The notes below the pieces were generated by a model. The model saw nothing but the letters and a program-made list of their open reading frames with translations. It had not been told where the DNA came from and made no database searches. Positions 60,887 to 64,000 of a DNA stretch of 64,000 nucleotides are shown in pieces; positions within the stretch are counted from its first letter, which is position 1, and every line of letters begins with the position of its first letter. The position numbers were made by a program, and so were the translations under genes. Source of the stretch: a virus (Duplodnaviria > Caudoviricetes); IMG/VR virus record IMGVR_UViG_3300028804_000002, positions 64,001 to 128,000 of that record. One strand, given 5' to 3'.

Positions 60887-61237
60887 ATGCCTAGTTTAGT
60901 AAAAACCATATTGAAATTTCCGTGTAAAGAGGATGCCTTAAAATTGCACCTATTGGCGGTCACAATGGAGGAAGGTATTAAATTATCCCTTGGAGATATT
61001 GATGTAATAATAGAGATCTACCAAAATGGTTATAATAAAGATACCTTCCAAAATTGTGTTGATAAAGGTTATTATAAATCTGAACAAACAGTTCGTAATT
61101 CTGTAGCTAAATCAACTAAATATAACATTTTATTAAAGACGAGAGGTAATAGAAGAATAAATCCAAAATTTCTACCAGCAATAGAAGATGATTTAATATT
61201 TAACTACCAAGTATACTATGATAATACCCAACCATAA
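60887..61237 (+). CDS. Putative wHTH DNA-binding protein
   Basis: KSEQTVRNSVAK...INP. Confidence 0.45.
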   Translation: MPSLVKTILKFPCKEDALKLHLLAVTMEEGIKLSLGDIDVIIEIYQNGYNKDTFQNCVDKGYYKSEQTVRNSVAKSTKYNILLKTRGNRRINPKFLPAIEDDLIFNYQVYYDNTQP

Positions 61238-61619
61238 GAATATATATAAGACTGTAGCAGAAAAATATAATCTTAATCTAGAACTTGTTGAAAAAATAGG
61301 ATCCTTTACTTGGGGAGATTTAAATGAAAGAATTTCAGATTTTAAGAATAGAGAAATCTATATGTATAAATTAGGAGTCTGGAAGTTTAGAAAAATAAAA
61401 GGTCAAAAATATGTAGATTATCTTAGAAAAGAAATAAGTGTTATAAGAAAGAATCCAAATTTATCAGATAAAGATAAAGAAAAACTAATAGCCAGAATAA
61501 CAGATAAGATAACCAAACTTGTGAAATTATTAAAAGAATGGGAAGAAATAATAGAACAAAGAAATCAATTCAAGAATGAACAAAATCAAAATATCAGAAA
61601 TATTTCAGAACAGAAGTAA
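61218..61619 (+). CDS. HU/IHF-like protein
   Basis: IYKTVAEKYNL..ELVEKI...IYMYKLGVWK. Confidence 0.5.
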   Translation: MIIPNHKNIYKTVAEKYNLNLELVEKIGSFTWGDLNERISDFKNREIYMYKLGVWKFRKIKGQKYVDYLRKEISVIRKNPNLSDKDKEKLIARITDKITKLVKLLKEWEEIIEQRNQFKNEQNQNIRNISEQK

Positions 61620-61923
61620 AATATGGGAAGGTCTTAGAAATAAGATGTTCAAAAAAGAACATGTTGAAGAAATCTATGAAGAAAGATTAAAGATCTGCAA
61701 AGATTGTGAATGTTATGATACTGTTGGAACTGGCTGTTCTTTAAAAGGTACACAACCTTGTTGTAATGTAAAGCTAGGTGGTTGTGGTTGTTCATTGAGT
61801 ATTAAATTGAGAAGCTTATCTACTGATTGTCCTAAGAAAAAATGGCTCGCAGTAACTTCTGATCAAGATGAAAAAATGATTAAAAGTCAAATTGAAGAGA
61901 ATGAAACCAAGAACAAGCTATAA
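61576..61923 (+). CDS. Cys-rich metal-binding phage protein
   Basis: ERLKICKDC...CC...CGCSL..KLRS...CPKKKW. Confidence 0.75.
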   Translation: MNKIKISEIFQNRSKIWEGLRNKMFKKEHVEEIYEERLKICKDCECYDTVGTGCSLKGTQPCCNVKLGGCGCSLSIKLRSLSTDCPKKKWLAVTSDQDEKMIKSQIEENETKNKL

Positions 61924-62258
61924 TCAAATAGAATTTTTTGTAGTAGAACCAGTTTTTAAAACTCTTAGAAGAGATTTAAAAATTAATGGTAAATTTGTTA
62001 AAGACAATTATGGAAATAAGGTAAAAGAAGAAAAAGATGAATTTATTAAAGAAATTTATCTTAGAAAATGGATGGATAAAAGAGATATTTCAATGTATGG
62101 ACAGTTTATAGGATCAAAAGGTGAAATAAATAAGTCTAGAAGTGAAATATATAATAAATCAATAGGTAAATTTTATGTTGTTGCGCATAATGTAGAAGAA
62201 ATTAAACAAGTACTTCAATCAGAAATAAGAATAGGAGTAGGATTTAAACCAACAGACG

Positions 62259-63014
62259 ATGACATTTAAAGAAAAGAATCATACATACATGTCCACTGAG
62301 GGAGATATTTATATAAGTGGAACATCTTTTATTAAAAAGTTTTGTAAACCTTTTGATAGAATTAAAATAGGTACTAAATATGCTAAGAAAAATAAAAAAA
62401 CTTTAGAAGAAGTACTTGAAGAATGGGATAAACTTGGTGCAGAAGCAATAGAAAAAGGTATTGCTTATCATAAAATGAAAGAAGAAGAACTATTAAGTTC
62501 TAAAGATATTATGATAGAAAATGAAGTACATTTTATATATCCTCCAGAATATGTAGATGGAGATAAAGTTAATAATTCTTTAAAATTAGAACCAGGTGTT
62601 TATCCGGAACTTATTGTTTGGTCTGATCGTTACCGTATTGCTGGTCAAGCTGATTATGTTGAAATTACTAAGAGTGGTAAAATCAATATTAAAGATTATA
62701 AAACAAGTAAGGAGATTAAATTAGAATCATTTACAGATTGGAAAGGTCAACATCAAATGATGTCTTTTCCATTTAATAATCTACAAGATTGTAATTTTAA
62801 TCATTATGCTCTTCAGTTAAATTTATATGCTTATTTAATAAAATCTCATAATAGAGATTTAGAAATAGGTAATCTTAAAATAGAACATATAGTTGGAGAA
62901 TATAATAAAGAGGCAGAAACATTTAATATAGAAACCATAAACCAATACATTGTTCCAAATTTACAAGATGAAATAAAAGTAGGATTGGAATATTGGAAAA
63001 ATAAAGATATATAA
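62259..63014 (+). CDS. PD-(D/E)XK exonuclease
   Basis: TFKEKNHTY, G.AYH, PE, IAGQAD, DYKT, YALQLNLYAY. Confidence 0.88.
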   Translation: MTFKEKNHTYMSTEGDIYISGTSFIKKFCKPFDRIKIGTKYAKKNKKTLEEVLEEWDKLGAEAIEKGIAYHKMKEEELLSSKDIMIENEVHFIYPPEYVDGDKVNNSLKLEPGVYPELIVWSDRYRIAGQADYVEITKSGKINIKDYKTSKEIKLESFTDWKGQHQMMSFPFNNLQDCNFNHYALQLNLYAYLIKSHNRDLEIGNLKIEHIVGEYNKEAETFNIETINQYIVPNLQDEIKVGLEYWKNKDI

Positions 63015-63532
63015 TGGCAATAAGATTATTCGATATTGAAGGTGGTAAAGTAAAAGCTACAGAGCATTGTTATACCATTGAAACTTTTAGAAAAATAATA
63101 GAAGAATATCCTGAAGATTATAACAGGATATTTGCATTTTTTCACTATATGTCATCTTTAGATGATAGAGATAATCCATTTGCGAATACTCCAGAAGCTG
63201 ATAAAGAAACTTTAATACTTAAAGAAGTTGGAGGCAAATTTTCAGTAGAAGAAGAACTTATTTATAAGGGATTAGAACTAACAAAGAAAATGTATGAAAC
63301 TACAACATATTATGCTTATCTTTCAATTAAAATAGCTCTAGAAAAATTAGGTAAATATATGAGACAAATGCAAATTACAGATGGTAGAGATGGTAATATA
63401 GGTGATATTCTTAGAACTGCTGAGAAATATGATAATATCTGTAAGTCTTTTGAAGCTAGATATAAAGCTTTTAAAGAAGAGAATTCTACAACCTCACGTG
63501 GTGGTCAGGATATCTCTTATGATCAAATGTAA
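63014..63532 (+). CDS. Conserved phage protein, possibly packaging-related
   Basis: RLFDI..GKV..TEHCYT...NPF...ITDGRDGNI...RGGQ..SYDQ. Confidence 0.6.
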   Translation: MAIRLFDIEGGKVKATEHCYTIETFRKIIEEYPEDYNRIFAFFHYMSSLDDRDNPFANTPEADKETLILKEVGGKFSVEEELIYKGLELTKKMYETTTYYAYLSIKIALEKLGKYMRQMQITDGRDGNIGDILRTAEKYDNICKSFEARYKAFKEENSTTSRGGQDISYDQM

Positions 63533-63746
63533 TGGAAACATATCAAGATTTAGAACAAGAAGCAATAAATAAGAAAACCAATATGTTAAGAAAGGATAAA
63601 TTATACGGATGGATATTTCATTTTAATCCATTCAGAAATAAATGGGAGGCGGTTCATAGAGATCATTATAATGAACTATTTAGTGGAGGTTCTAATGTAT
63701 TACGTAATAGTTCATTAGAAGTTCTTAAACATCAAATAGTAAGTAA

Positions 63747-64000
63747 ATGATGTTACAATTAAATCCAACTATAGATGTTAATACTCCTAATGGTGATGGA
63801 GAAGCAATTATAGTAATAGATTATGGAATTAATACAAATACTGTGTGGATAGTAAGACATGATGGAGGTAAAATATTACATTACTATAGTGATGACATAA
63901 GAGTATATGATAATCCAATGAATGGTAAAGGTTGGAATATAGAAAAATTTAAATTTAATGACAGAACCAAAATATCAAATAGGAGACAAAATAAAAAATA
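63747..64000 (+). CDS. Hypothetical phage protein (reaches window edge)
   Basis: MMLQLNPTIDVNTPNGDGEAIIVIDYG...VW. Confidence 0.7.
   Translation, partial: MMLQLNPTIDVNTPNGDGEAIIVIDYGINTNTVWIVRHDGGKILHYYSDDIRVYDNPMNGKGWNIEKFKFNDRTKISNRRQNKK

Noticed and set aside
1-64000. CRISPR array, diversity-generating retroelement, integrase or transposase
   Set aside because: No regularly spaced direct repeats, reverse transcriptase, TR/VR pair or recombinase motif seen by eye
1-64000. Stop-codon reassignment as in some Bacteroidota phages
   Set aside because: Long conserved genes (NadV, RecA, fibres) are intact in code 11; no suppressor tRNA (the Arg anticodon loop CTTCTAA reads UCU, not CUA)

Overview
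AT-rich segment of a large tailed dsDNA phage that very probably infects a Bacteroidota host: many TTTG-N19/20-TAnnTTTG sigma-A promoters are present, and the right-end gene order is reminiscent of crAss-related phages (inference). Four blocks are visible. (1) 1-12.9 kb, minus: metabolic and anti-defence genes (CoaD-like, CDGSH, ATP-dependent ligase, NadV + NadM-Nudix NAD salvage, a nucleotidase-2OG oxygenase fusion, a catalytic-core-only HisRS, GGCT, a carboxylate-amine ligase). (2) 13.1-25.4 kb, plus: virion fibres and adhesins, SGNH esterase, beta-helix, SPRY, glycosyltransferase, Endo VII, methyltransferase, holin-like genes and GH24 lysozyme. (3) 25.6-55.6 kb, minus: early/accessory arm of small membrane and lipoprotein genes, with tmRNA, four tRNAs, an atypical tRNA-Trp-like RNA, a PspA-like/ASKHA operon, a type I hammerhead ribozyme and many stem-closed intergenic RNA domains. 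(4) 55.8-64 kb, plus: PhoH, a minimal nucleotidyltransferase, RecA, a PD-(D/E)XK nuclease and conserved phage genes. The best candidate for an undescribed system is an RNA layer in the early arm: a ~1-kb ORF-poor tandem cassette of about nine unrelated stem-closed RNA domains (50262-51267), smaller similar cassettes, a pseudoknotted RNA and a ribozyme. All pairings were read by eye; no folding or database searches were run.
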